Positions 9,466 through 18,679 of a DNA stretch of 64,000 nt are shown here, piece after piece. Source of the stretch: an uncultured Caulobacterales bacterium (GTDB lineage Bacteria > Pseudomonadota > Alphaproteobacteria > Caulobacterales > Maricaulaceae); NCBI GenBank assembly GCA_964513675.1, contig CAZEOD010000005.1:11061-75060 (forward strand), in the 5' to 3' direction. The position numbers were made by a program, and so were the translations under genes. The notes under the pieces are model-generated. The model had not been told where the DNA came from, searched no databases, and saw only the letters and a program-made list of their open reading frames with translations. Position 1 is the first letter of the stretch. Each line of letters opens with the position of its first letter.

Positions 9466-11535
9466 ATGACTTTTGACTTTTTGATTAAATCTGCGGCCTT
9501 TTCGGCCCTCCTGTTTAGCCTTTCTGCGGCGGCTCCGCTAAGCCGTGCCGAGGACGCGCCTGCGCCGTCTCGATTCACCGCCGAGCATGTCTTTGATTTG
9601 GAATTTGCCGATGACCCCCAAATCAGCCCCGATGGGCAGACGGTGGTTTACGTGCGACGCTCTATGGACCGCATCAACGACGCCATCCATGATGACCTTT
9701 GGACGTTAGATGTTCGTAGCGGCGCGCATCGCCCGCTTATCGCTGGCGGCGCGCCGGCCAATCGCCCGCGCTGGTCGCCAGACGGAACGCGGCTATTATA
9801 TAACACCAAAAATGAGGGACAATCAGAGCTGCGGCTTCATTTCATGGATACGGATAAATCTGTCTCCCTTGGCAATTTCGCCGCCAAGCCCAATGACGCC
9901 GTCTGGTCACGCGATGGCAAACATATCGCCTTTCGCATGTTCACGCCAAGTGACGCCCCGAAATTTGCAACGGCACCCAAAGCGCCCAAAGGTGCCAAAT
10001 GGCCAGAGCCTATGCGCATATTTGATGATGTCACCTTTCGCAGCGACGGCGCAGGCTATCTCAGCGAAGGCGCCAATCATATTTATACGATACCTGCCGG
10101 CGGCGGCAGCCCGCGCCAAGTCACATTTGGCGAGGTCGATTACACCGCCCCCGCATGGCGCGATGACAAAACGCTCCTTGTCGTTGGCAATCAAGCGAAA
10201 GACCGAGATTTCGACCCGATTGAAAGTGAGATATATGCGCTTGATCTTGGCACGCTAACTCTGCGCGCTTTGACGACACGCGACGGGCCAGATCATAGTC
10301 CAAGCGTGTCGCCCGATGGCCGTAAAATTGCCTTTCTCGGCTATGATGACAAAGTCCTGTCCTATCAGGCGAGTCATCTTTATGTGATGGACGCCGACGG
10401 CGGAAATATCCAACACATCAGCCAAGGCCACGACCGTTCAGTGAGCCGTTTTGCGTGGCGCGGAGATAGCCGTGCGCTTATAACGCAAGTCGAAAATAAA
10501 GGCGCGATAGAGCTGCGTAGTTTCAGCCTTAACGGCGGAGCCCCGAAAATATTGGCGGCAGGCCTTGGCGGCACATCTTTCGGCCGGCCTTATGCCAGCG
10601 CGAGTTTTTCTCTCTCCGCCAGCTCCCGCCCCAGCTTTGCTTATACAACAGGCGACGCCAATAGCCCCGCCGATATTACGGTCAAAAGCTTTAGCGGCAC
10701 CCCCAAACGCTTGACGGCGCTGAATGATGATCTGCTACCTTTTCTTAAAATGGCCACGATTGAAGAGATCACCGTTCCATCACGTTTCGACGGAAAAGAG
10801 ATTCAGGCGTGGATTGCATTCCCGCCAGATTTCAAAGCCGATGGTAGCGACCCGATGATCCTTGAAATTCACGGCGGCCCTTACACGATGTATGGCCCGT
10901 TTTTCAGTGCTGAAATTCAGCGCTATGCAGCCGAGGGCTATGTCACCGTTTACGTCAACCCTCGCGGTTCGACGGGCTACGGCGAAGATTTCTCGCTGCT
11001 AATTGATAAAAACTATCCCGGCGAAGATTACGACGATCTTGAGACCATTACGGATTATCTGATCGAGAAAAACTATGTCGATCCAAACCGCTTATTTGTA
11101 ACGGGCGGCTCTGGCGGCGGGGTTTTGACCTCTTGGATTATTGGCAAGACGAGCCGCTATGCAGCAGCGGCTACGATCAAACCTGTCATTAACTGGCTAT
11201 CTATGGCGCTAACAGCGGATATTGGCCCCTATGTGAAGCGGCATTGGATACGGGAAAATCCGTGGGAAAATCCAGAGGCCTATTGGGAGCGCTCCCCGCT
11301 ATCATTGGTCGGGAATGTGACCACGCCAACACTTGTTATGGTCGGCGAGGAGGATCACCGCACGCCGACATGGGAAGCTGAGCAATATTACGGCGCACTC
11401 AAGCTTAAAGGCGTCGAAACGGCCTTGATCCGCGTCCCGGAGGCATCGCATTACATTGCCAAACGGCCAAGCCGCCTGATTGCGAAAACCGATAATATTA
11501 TGGGCTGGTTTAAAAAGTTTGATTCAGAAAAATAA
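9466..11535 (+). CDS. Secreted S9 family serine peptidase (prolyl oligopeptidase / acylaminoacyl-peptidase-like)
   Basis: Signal peptide and an N-terminal beta-propeller-like region with repeated SPDG motifs. The C-terminal alpha/beta hydrolase domain carries TGGSGGG. Confidence 0.85.
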   Translation: MTFDFLIKSAAFSALLFSLSAAAPLSRAEDAPAPSRFTAEHVFDLEFADDPQISPDGQTVVYVRRSMDRINDAIHDDLWTLDVRSGAHRPLIAGGAPANRPRWSPDGTRLLYNTKNEGQSELRLHFMDTDKSVSLGNFAAKPNDAVWSRDGKHIAFRMFTPSDAPKFATAPKAPKGAKWPEPMRIFDDVTFRSDGAGYLSEGANHIYTIPAGGGSPRQVTFGEVDYTAPAWRDDKTLLVVGNQAKDRDFDPIESEIYALDLGTLTLRALTTRDGPDHSPSVSPDGRKIAFLGYDDKVLSYQASHLYVMDADGGNIQHISQGHDRSVSRFAWRGDSRALITQVENKGAIELRSFSLNGGAPKILAAGLGGTSFGRPYASASFSLSASSRPSFAYTTGDANSPADITVKSFSGTPKRLTALNDDLLPFLKMATIEEITVPSRFDGKEIQAWIAFPPDFKADGSDPMILEIHGGPYTMYGPFFSAEIQRYAAEGYVTVYVNPRGSTGYGEDFSLLIDKNYPGEDYDDLETITDYLIEKNYVDPNRLFVTGGSGGGVLTSWIIGKTSRYAAAATIKPVINWLSMALTADIGPYVKRHWIRENPWENPEAYWERSPLSLVGNVTTPTLVMVGEEDHRTPTWEAEQYYGALKLKGVETALIRVPEASHYIAKRPSRLIAKTDNIMGWFKKFDSEK

Positions 11536-11541
11536 GAAAAA

Positions 11542-11564
11542 CGAGACGGTTTAAAATCGTCTCG
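11542..11564 (-). terminator. Hairpin terminator downstream of trpA
   Basis: CGAGACG / CGTCTCG stem with a 9-nt loop. On the minus strand it is followed by TTTTTCT. Confidence 0.6.
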
Positions 11565-11571
11565 GCTTTAC

Positions 11572-12363
11572 TTACTCGCCATGAGCCGCTTTGGCGAGTG
11601 AGCGAATTAAATCAACCGCTGCGTCATGGCCCTCTTCATGGAAGGTTTTAACAATCACTGTCCCGACAACTACGCCGTCGGAATCTTGCGCGACTTCAGC
11701 GGCACGCTCCGGCGTTTTTACACCAAAGCCGACGACAACTGGCAGGCTCGCCGCGGCGCGGATATGGGCGACTTGGTCTTTGACCGATCCGGCCTGCGCA
11801 AAACTTGCGCCGGTAATCCCCGTCATGGAGACATAATAAACAAAGCCTTTTGTGCCTTGCACAACCTTCGGCAGACGCTCGGCATCTGTTGTCGGCGTGG
11901 CAAGACGGATAAGCGCCAAATCTTGGATGTCAAAGGCGGCCCGTAGCTCGGCATCTTCTTCGGGCGGAAGATCAACAATAATCGCGCCGTCAACACCCGC
12001 TTTTTTCGCAGCTTCTGCAAAAGCCGCATAGCCCATATGGTGAATTGGGTTGCAATATCCCATCACAATTATTGGAGTTGTTTGATTATCCTTTCGAAAC
12101 TCCGCCGCCATCTCAAGGACGCTGCTTAGGGTCGCCCCGCCTTCGCGGGCGCGAATACCTGACTCTTCAATCACAGGGCCGTCAGCCATAGGGTCCGTAA
12201 AAGGGATGCCCAGTTCAATAATATCAACGCCCGCCTGCGGCATGGCGTTAAGCAAAGCTTGCGACGCCGCGCGGTCAGGATCACCGCCCATCATATAAGC
12301 TACAAAAACGGCCCCGCTTTTAGCTTTACGCGCGGCAAATGTCTTATCAATACGTGCGGTCAT
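11572..12363 (-). CDS. trpA: Tryptophan synthase alpha chain
   Basis: ELGIPFTDPMADGPVI active-site motif. Start placed at MTARIDKTF; the ORF-track start at 12405 adds 14 atypical residues. Confidence 0.93.
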   Translation of the reverse strand: MTARIDKTFAARKAKSGAVFVAYMMGGDPDRAASQALLNAMPQAGVDIIELGIPFTDPMADGPVIEESGIRAREGGATLSSVLEMAAEFRKDNQTTPIIVMGYCNPIHHMGYAAFAEAAKKAGVDGAIIVDLPPEEDAELRAAFDIQDLALIRLATPTTDAERLPKVVQGTKGFVYYVSMTGITGASFAQAGSVKDQVAHIRAAASLPVVVGFGVKTPERAAEVAQDSDGVVVGTVIVKTFHEEGHDAAVDLIRSLAKAAHGE

Positions 12364-12681
12364 AACTATCCTATCATCCAGCGGCGCTTTTAAATCGCTC
12401 TGCATATGATTGCTAGGCCCAATTTGATAATTTTATGCAAAGCATGGCGCATATAAGTCATCGTGACGCTGGATAATAGAAAAAGGCTCTTTAGCAAAAG
12501 CGGCAGCTGATCGTCGGCCCAGATCACCGCCATATATAGAGCGGCCTCGACACTAACTATATTTTGCCCGCGCGGCCTGCCTTTGTCGTCTTTGGCCATC
12601 TTAATTATGTAGATTATTGGCGTGATATGCTTGACGATCACCCAGATTATCGGCAAGATTTAACGCTATAAGGCGGCCTCT

Positions 12682-13110
12682 ATGACGACATCACTTCTTG
12701 AAAAAGCGGCTCACTATTGTGAGGATAATAAATACCGCTTCACCGCGCCTAGAAAATATGTTCTGGATATTATTGCAACAAGCTCTAAGTCGCTCGGCGC
12801 TTATGAGATTTTAGATCAGCTTGGTAAAATGATTGATAATCCCAAACCGCCCACCGTTTATCGCGCCATTGATTTTTGGCAAAAACACGGCTTTATTCAT
12901 CGCATAGAAAGTTTAAACGCTTATAAGGCCTGCGAAGCTGGGCATCGGCATAAAGGCTCGCATTTCATGATCTGCGATGATTGCGGTGAGGTTATTGAAA
13001 CACATCTATGCGACTTGCCGCAAAGCTTAAAAGACAGTCTCGCGCAGCAAGCGTTTAAGCCCTCACGCTGGAGTTTTGAAATACACGGTGTTTGTAGCCT
13101 CTGTATTTAA
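12682..13110 (+). CDS. zur: Fur-family metalloregulator, most likely zinc uptake regulator Zur
   Basis: 142 aa with a winged-helix N-terminus. It has HRHKGSHFMICDDCGEVIE and a C-terminal CSLC metal site, and it lies next to a ZrgA/PA4063-type zinc module. Confidence 0.75.
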   Translation: MTTSLLEKAAHYCEDNKYRFTAPRKYVLDIIATSSKSLGAYEILDQLGKMIDNPKPPTVYRAIDFWQKHGFIHRIESLNAYKACEAGHRHKGSHFMICDDCGEVIETHLCDLPQSLKDSLAQQAFKPSRWSFEIHGVCSLCI

Positions 13111-13143
13111 ATTTATCTTTTTCTTTGAAAGAAAGATCACCTC

Positions 13144-13500
13144 ATGAAATCTAATATAGCCTTCGATAAGAGCGGAATTGCCGTCTCATTACTTTGCATT
13201 GTCCATTGCTTATTCCTCCCCATTATTGGAGCGGTCTTGCCGATAATCGGGACATGGTCGGATATTGAATGGGTTCATAAAGCCTTGGTCTTTCTCGCCT
13301 TTCCCCTTGCGGTCAGCATTATCGTCGCGCCTGTGCCGTTTTATATCCGTATTTTAGCGGCCCTTGGCGTGAGCCTTTTATTTGCGTCAGCCTTTTTCGA
13401 GCCCTTGCATGATATTGAAACCCATTTAACTGTCACAGGAGCTCTTATCCTCGCCGGCTTACATATCATGCGGCTACGTCAAGAAGCGCATAGGCATTAG
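13144..13500 (+). CDS. MerC-family-like small membrane protein
   Basis: Four predicted TM helices. The first carries CIVHCLFLPIIGAVLPIIG, a CxxxC pattern typical of MerC domain proteins. Confidence 0.6.
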   Translation: MKSNIAFDKSGIAVSLLCIVHCLFLPIIGAVLPIIGTWSDIEWVHKALVFLAFPLAVSIIVAPVPFYIRILAALGVSLLFASAFFEPLHDIETHLTVTGALILAGLHIMRLRQEAHRH

Positions 13501-13565
13501 CCCCTCGCGAAAATTTTACACGCCAGAAGATTGACCCCTACCTTAGCTGAGTGTAGGAGTATTCT

Positions 13566-13931
13566 ATGAAAAAGCTTATTATACCCTCAGCCGTGCTACT
13601 CGCCGCCTTCTCTTTAACAGGCACAAGCTTCGCCTGCGACCTGCATGGGGCCGGATATGGCAGCTTTGGCATTAGAGGGGCCAACTGGCAGCCTTATAAC
13701 CCGCAAGTTTCAACAACGGACCCTGCTTTTTCTGACAATGAATATAGCTCGGCGACAAATTACGATAGCGTGCCAGCCAATAAAGCCAAGCCTAGCTTTT
13801 CTAACGCAGCCGCTCTGGCCGCAACAAAGGCCAAATCGCGCTTTGCTCAGAAGAGCAAACCCAAAAAGCTATCTTTATCCGCTTTAAAATCGAAATCCAA
13901 AAAAGCAGCCGCTTTAAATACGGATCGTTAA
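13566..13931 (+). CDS. Small secreted protein of unknown function with a Lys/Ala/Ser-rich C-terminus
   Basis: AGGAG SD 7 nt upstream of the ATG. The signal peptide ends TGTSFA, with predicted cleavage just before CDLHG. No family recognised. Confidence 0.55.
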   Translation: MKKLIIPSAVLLAAFSLTGTSFACDLHGAGYGSFGIRGANWQPYNPQVSTTDPAFSDNEYSSATNYDSVPANKAKPSFSNAAALAATKAKSRFAQKSKPKKLSLSALKSKSKKAAALNTDR

Positions 13932-15185
13932 TCCATCTGCGAGAGATCGTTTCAACGCTATCAAGGCTGGAATTAACCCAAGCCCTGCCGATATAAGCGT
14001 TATCCCCACCACGACATAAAGATCAAACACACCCGGCCAAAGCGTCAATGTGCTGATATTAAACCGCGCCTCTAAGAACGGGCGGAATATCCATAAAAGC
14101 CCATATAAAACGACAAGCCCGAGCGTGCTGCCGATAAAGGCGAGAAGCGCAGCTTCACTAATAAGCAATGTCAGAATATGCCGTCCTCTCGCCCCCATAG
14201 CCCGTAATATAGCCATTTCGCGGCGGCGCTCATTTAGAGATGTCAGAATGGAGGTTAAAATTCCAATCAGGCCCACCGCGATTACAAATAATGAAATCAC
14301 CGCCAAAGCACGCTCTACAACCGATACAACGCCCCACAACTGGCTGAGCGCAATGCCGGGAATCACCGCCTGCAAAGGCTCGGCTTCATATGTGTTCAAA
14401 TCACGTTGCAGTTTTAATGTTCCGATACGCGATGTCGCGCCGACTAATATTGCCGTGATGCTCTCGGGTGTTAGCGCTTGTGTCCGTAATTTATCCGGCG
14501 TGCTTAAGCGGCTGAGCGGTGTTGGCGTGCCGTTATTCCAGCCGACATGTATGGCTTCAATCGCCGCGAGGCTGACAAAAACGGAGCGGTCAACCGGCGT
14601 TCCAGTTGGCTTTAAAATGCCTGCCACGCGAAAGGGTAGATTATCATGATTAACGAAGCTGGTTTTTCCAAGGCCATGCGCCAAGGTCAGCCGCGTGGAT
14701 AAATCATAATCCAGCTCTCTTGCGACCTGCGCGCCTAAAACCACATCAAATAAATCAGAAAAGGCCCTCCCGTCTTGGAAGGTTAGATCTTGCGAATCTG
14801 CATATTTATAGCGCGCAAAATAATCAGGTGTTGTGCCGACGACGCGGAAACCCCGATGAGAATCGCCCAGACTTATAGGAACGGCCCAATCAACATCTCT
14901 ACGTTGGGCGATATCTTCATAGGTCTGCCAGGTGACATTATTTGTTGGATCACCAATTTGAAACACCGAATAAAGGACAAGATTAATCGGGCTAGACCGC
15001 GCGCCGACAATCACATCTGTATCGCTAATCGTGCGCTCAAAACTGGTGCGGGTACTTTGGCGTAAGTTTTCCACCGCGACAAATAACAAAACGGCGGCAG
15101 CAATAGAAATCACGGTTAAAATAGCCGTGACTTTACGCGCCCATAAGGACTGTAGCGCCAAAGTTAAAACAGCGAAACCTCTCAT
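13914..15185 (-). CDS. ABC transporter permease, FtsX/MacB-like (ZrgC/PA4065-like)
   Basis: 423 aa with an N-terminal TM, a large periplasmic domain and three C-terminal TMs. An ATGA overlap joins it to the upstream ATPase gene. Confidence 0.8.
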   Translation of the reverse strand: MRGFAVLTLALQSLWARKVTAILTVISIAAAVLLFVAVENLRQSTRTSFERTISDTDVIVGARSSPINLVLYSVFQIGDPTNNVTWQTYEDIAQRRDVDWAVPISLGDSHRGFRVVGTTPDYFARYKYADSQDLTFQDGRAFSDLFDVVLGAQVARELDYDLSTRLTLAHGLGKTSFVNHDNLPFRVAGILKPTGTPVDRSVFVSLAAIEAIHVGWNNGTPTPLSRLSTPDKLRTQALTPESITAILVGATSRIGTLKLQRDLNTYEAEPLQAVIPGIALSQLWGVVSVVERALAVISLFVIAVGLIGILTSILTSLNERRREMAILRAMGARGRHILTLLISEAALLAFIGSTLGLVVLYGLLWIFRPFLEARFNISTLTLWPGVFDLYVVVGITLISAGLGLIPALIALKRSLADGLTIRI

Positions 15186-15883
15186 GGCGCGGCAGCCCGG
15201 TTCAGTTTTGACAAGCTCACAGAGCGGTCAAAATGTGCCGCGATCGTTTGATCGTGACTAACAAAAAGAAGGCTGCTGCCAAATTTTTTGCGCTGCTCAT
15301 TGAGCAAATCAATAAACCTGTCACGATTGTCATGATCGAGCGCGGACGTAGGTTCATCTGCAATAATTAAATCCGGCCCCCCAATCAAGGCGCGCGCGAC
15401 GGCGACCCGTTGCTGCTGCCCGACGCTAAGCTCACCAACGGGACGTTTTAGCTCACTCTCAGTGAGCCCAAGCCCGCGGATGAGCGTTTCAGCCGCTTTC
15501 ACAACAGAGCCGTAAGTTTCAACCGCATGGCACTGGCGCTTGAGCGAGAAGCGACAGGGCAAGATACAATTTTGGATAACGCCAAGATAGGGCAGCAGAT
15601 TAAATTGCTGAAAAATAATTCCAAGATGATCCGCTCTTATTTGATCTCGCCGCGCAGCCGATATCGTCGTTAAGTCATCTCCGCAGATCGAGATGTGGCC
15701 TGATTTGGCGTCTAACACACCGCCAATCAAACCTAAAAGAGTGCTTTTTCCAGACCCGCTAGGCCCGCGCAAAAATACGCTTTCCCCGGGCTGAATAGAA
15801 AACTGGTCGATATTAATAAGTTTATGGTCAGCGCTATAACCAAATTGGAGTGCGCTTAAGCTTAGGACGGACTCAATATTCAT
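15182..15883 (-). CDS. ABC transporter ATP-binding protein (LolD/MacB-type; ZrgB/PA4064-like)
   Basis: Walker A GPSGSGKST, signature LSVGQQQR and Walker B LIIADEPT. The ATG at 15883 is preferred over the TTG at 15892. Confidence 0.9.
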   Translation of the reverse strand: MNIESVLSLSALQFGYSADHKLINIDQFSIQPGESVFLRGPSGSGKSTLLGLIGGVLDAKSGHISICGDDLTTISAARRDQIRADHLGIIFQQFNLLPYLGVIQNCILPCRFSLKRQCHAVETYGSVVKAAETLIRGLGLTESELKRPVGELSVGQQQRVAVARALIGGPDLIIADEPTSALDHDNRDRFIDLLNEQRKKFGSSLLFVSHDQTIAAHFDRSVSLSKLNRAAAP

Positions 15884-16520
15884 AGGGTTCAAGCTTGGAT
15901 AATGTCAGCTCATAGGCGCTATTGCCAAGCTCTGATCCAAACCGGCCCGTTTTCATCCGGCCTTCGACCCAAACAGGATCATTAATATTTTCGACCTTGG
16001 CCATTTGTTCGGATGTTACAAAAACAATTTGGTTAGGCGGCGGCGGCGGCGTATGTAAACAGGCCCCAAAATAGGGAACCAGCAAAAAAGCGTCATATTC
16101 AGATGACAAGCTGAAATCTAGCGGCACAACATAACCCGGCAAACGCACCTGTTTTCCGTTTAAATCCTCGACAACATTATATGTGCCGATTTGCTCCATT
16201 GTATCCTCTTCGCTGCCTTCATCAATACGGCTAAGAAGGTCAGCCTGCTCCGCGGAGGCATCTAACAGCGAGATTTGATTTTGAAACTTCGCCTCTTGTT
16301 TGTCAAAAAACGCAGCATAAAGATCGGCGAGAACTTCGTCTTCACCCGCCGGCATTAAATCTTCCCAGCTTAGAATTTCGGGTGTTTGATCCGGGGTAGC
16401 CTGAGCTGTTTGTTCAGACGCCTGCGCGGTCTTTACAGGGCCAGACTCGGTTTTTGCGCCGCATCCACCAAGTGATAAAACAGGGATAAGAAAGAAAATA
16501 GATAGGGCGGAAGCTCTCAC
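15873..16520 (-). CDS. DUF3299-like lipoprotein (ZrgD/PA4066-like)
   Basis: Lipobox LSLGGC and a C-terminal LVPYFGACLHTPPPPPNQIV motif typical of DUF3299. A GTG start overlaps the upstream stop (GTGA). Confidence 0.65.
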   Translation of the reverse strand: MRASALSIFFLIPVLSLGGCGAKTESGPVKTAQASEQTAQATPDQTPEILSWEDLMPAGEDEVLADLYAAFFDKQEAKFQNQISLLDASAEQADLLSRIDEGSEEDTMEQIGTYNVVEDLNGKQVRLPGYVVPLDFSLSSEYDAFLLVPYFGACLHTPPPPPNQIVFVTSEQMAKVENINDPVWVEGRMKTGRFGSELGNSAYELTLSKLEPYEY

Positions 16521-17269
16521 GGTTTTAAATCCATCTTTATATTATTACGGGTCAAGCCAGTCTGTTTTTGTGTGGACGAGCCAAGATAAGTCACATCTAT
16601 GTCGGATAAATCATCAAAAAATTCAAATAAATTTACCGTCACATTTGCGAGTTTTTCAGGGGTTTGACAGGTAAAGCCATAACGCAAAAACACATCTTTA
16701 TGCCCAGAATCATGATCGTCTTCATGATGATCCTCTTCATCATGACCCTCTTCGTCATGATGATCTTCGTCATGCTCATCTTCATGTTCAGACGTTTCGG
16801 GGAACAGGTGAATAGATTGATTTTGAGACGAAATCTTGCATTTAGCGCCTGCATTAAACGCAAATAAATCTGCCCCCTTTAGGAGCTGCATTTCGGCTTT
16901 TTCAACTTGTGATCTTTGCGCATCAGTATCAGGTGTATGTTCAAACCCGAGCAAATTATAAAGCGGCGTTTCAAATTCTACAGAAACAATCTTGCCATCC
17001 AAGGCGAGCGCTAATTCCGCGCCGCCATGTATATGGGACGCAGCCGAGCGTATAGCGGGCTTGTCAGTATCTCCCGATTTATCCTCATTCTTATGCGCAT
17101 CCCCGTGATTATCTTGATTATCTGGGCTGGCCTTGCTCTCAAGCTGGGCGGCTGGCGCATCATGTGAATGGTGATCGTCTCCCGCATGATTATGCTCAGA
17201 ACAAGCCGCCAGTAATGAGGCAATAGAGGCGGCGACTAGAAAACCCATCTTATTTAAGCGAAAATTCAT
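16517..17269 (-). CDS. DUF2796/ZrgA-like periplasmic His-rich metal-binding lipoprotein
   Basis: Lipobox LLAAC. It has His-rich tracts (HNHAGDDHHSHD) and an acidic His-rich run (SEHEDEHDEDHHDEEGHDEEDHHEDDHDSGH). It is the first gene of the four-gene ABC module. Confidence 0.7.
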   Translation of the reverse strand: MNFRLNKMGFLVAASIASLLAACSEHNHAGDDHHSHDAPAAQLESKASPDNQDNHGDAHKNEDKSGDTDKPAIRSAASHIHGGAELALALDGKIVSVEFETPLYNLLGFEHTPDTDAQRSQVEKAEMQLLKGADLFAFNAGAKCKISSQNQSIHLFPETSEHEDEHDEDHHDEEGHDEEDHHEDDHDSGHKDVFLRYGFTCQTPEKLANVTVNLFEFFDDLSDIDVTYLGSSTQKQTGLTRNNIKMDLKP

Positions 17270-17283
17270 CACAGCTATCTCTC

Positions 17284-17303
17284 AACAAATATCATCATTT
17301 GTT
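17284..17303. promoter_or_regulatory. Inverted repeat AACAAAT-N6-ATTTGTT just upstream of the zrgA-like start; candidate repressor site
   Basis: Perfect 7-bp arms read directly from the sequence. It does not match the TGTTAT/ATAACA box seen at 23599. Confidence 0.3.
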
Positions 17304-17434
17304 ACAGCCCATACTCACTTTACACAAGCCCTACGGCACGAACAGCGCAAATCACTCTATTGAGAGCTGTCAAACATATAGAGACTTATCACCTTATTTC
17401 AACTTAACCCATTAAGGGCAGTCAATAACACCCC

Positions 17435-18679
17435 TTAATTTGGCGTATAAACTGGGAGCGTGCGATTCGCATCCTCCGCATCAAAAACCGGATTTTCAAA
17501 CAGTCTTGGATAATACCATTCACGTAACTCGGCATGGAATTTTCTCACGCGGGTTTCATAGGCGAGCGATGCGCTTGCGTCTGTTTTAGCTAATTTTTCA
17601 AACCGCCTTTGCATCAGACTTGTCGGCGAAATTAAGCTTAGACGCGATATTAATTTATCCCGCTTTAGGCGTCTGCCGCGGTAATCCTGACTCAGGCCCT
17701 CAGCCTTTTGATCGCCCACTTGCTGAAAAGCGTAATACCATTTCCATTCAAAGCCGTCGGCGATGTCCCATTCGGTATAATCGGCCCATTCGGGGTAACG
17801 CGCGAGGAAGTCTTTATAGGTCGCCTCTTTGGGGATATCCCATGCATCATTAACCGCCTCTCTTTGGGTCAGGACAATCTCGCCGCCATCGGGAAGCGAA
17901 ACAGAGCTATTCACCCCCAAAACCAGTAAGGCCGGTAATATTGCGCATATGAAAAGCCAAATGCCTGTCAAATAGGTCAAATTGGCTGAGCCTGTGCGCG
18001 CCGCCTTTGCGAGGAGGTAAACAACTGCGCCCCAAAATAGGATATAAATAAGTAAGGTGAATGACGCACCCAAAAGTGTTGTCACGGCTGTTCCTTCAAC
18101 GGCCCCGCCAACCCAGAGCGGGATTAGCAAAGCCATATATAATCCGCTTAACCGCAAGGCGCAGCGCATTAACCAAACGCGGCGTGCCTGCCCCGCGCTG
18201 GTTTCAATGAGGTTTAAACGGCCCGCAGCCCGTTCACCGGAGCGCAGATCATAGAGGAGTAAAATAATCAAAAGCGGCGCTAAGAGGGCGGCGACAAATG
18301 AGTAATCAAATCGTCCAATCAATGCGAAATCAGGGTTATCAGCATCAGTTTCATAAATCTGGCCTTCAAGCGCGAGTAGTCTAACCCGGTGCTTCCATGG
18401 GCTTACATCCCGCTCACCAAAGGCCGCAAATGCAAAATCAGACGGCTCATCATATGTTAAATGGAAGCTATAATACGCCGCACTCCCCCAATCTGATTGC
18501 TCATTCAAAGTTAGCTCACGTTCAACACGGTCAAGCGATTGTAATTCGGCAAGAGCTGTGCGCTGCTGATGAACCTCATTAAGCCCGAGCAGAACAGCCA
18601 TCATCGCCGAAATAAACGCAATCGTCATCCATAACAAAGCGGCTTTGTCTTTGATTAAGAAGAAAAGCTCATGCCTCAT
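17435..18679 (-). CDS. DUF3526-type ABC-2 family membrane permease (second copy)
   Basis: Polytopic membrane protein with an N-terminal TM, a large loop and a TM bundle. An ATGA overlap joins it to the upstream paralog when the start is set at MRHELFF. Confidence 0.7.
   Translation of the reverse strand: MRHELFFLIKDKAALLWMTIAFISAMMAVLLGLNEVHQQRTALAELQSLDRVERELTLNEQSDWGSAAYYSFHLTYDEPSDFAFAAFGERDVSPWKHRVRLLALEGQIYETDADNPDFALIGRFDYSFVAALLAPLLIILLLYDLRSGERAAGRLNLIETSAGQARRVWLMRCALRLSGLYMALLIPLWVGGAVEGTAVTTLLGASFTLLIYILFWGAVVYLLAKAARTGSANLTYLTGIWLFICAILPALLVLGVNSSVSLPDGGEIVLTQREAVNDAWDIPKEATYKDFLARYPEWADYTEWDIADGFEWKWYYAFQQVGDQKAEGLSQDYRGRRLKRDKLISRLSLISPTSLMQRRFEKLAKTDASASLAYETRVRKFHAELREWYYPRLFENPVFDAEDANRTLPVYTPN

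Noticed and set aside
12390-12656. 88-aa minus-strand ORF in the trpA-zur intergenic region
   Set aside because: It has no recognisable family or convincing SD, and its composition is odd. It overlaps the unlikely N-terminal extension of trpA. I treat it as non-coding, although the region itself is flagged.
16639-16867. The repetitive GAT/GAA/CAT-rich stretch inside the zrgA-like gene as a tandem repeat or CRISPR-like element
   Set aside because: It is simply the coding sequence for the acidic His-rich tract (HEDEHDEDHHDEEGHDEEDHHEDDHD). There is no spacer-repeat periodicity.
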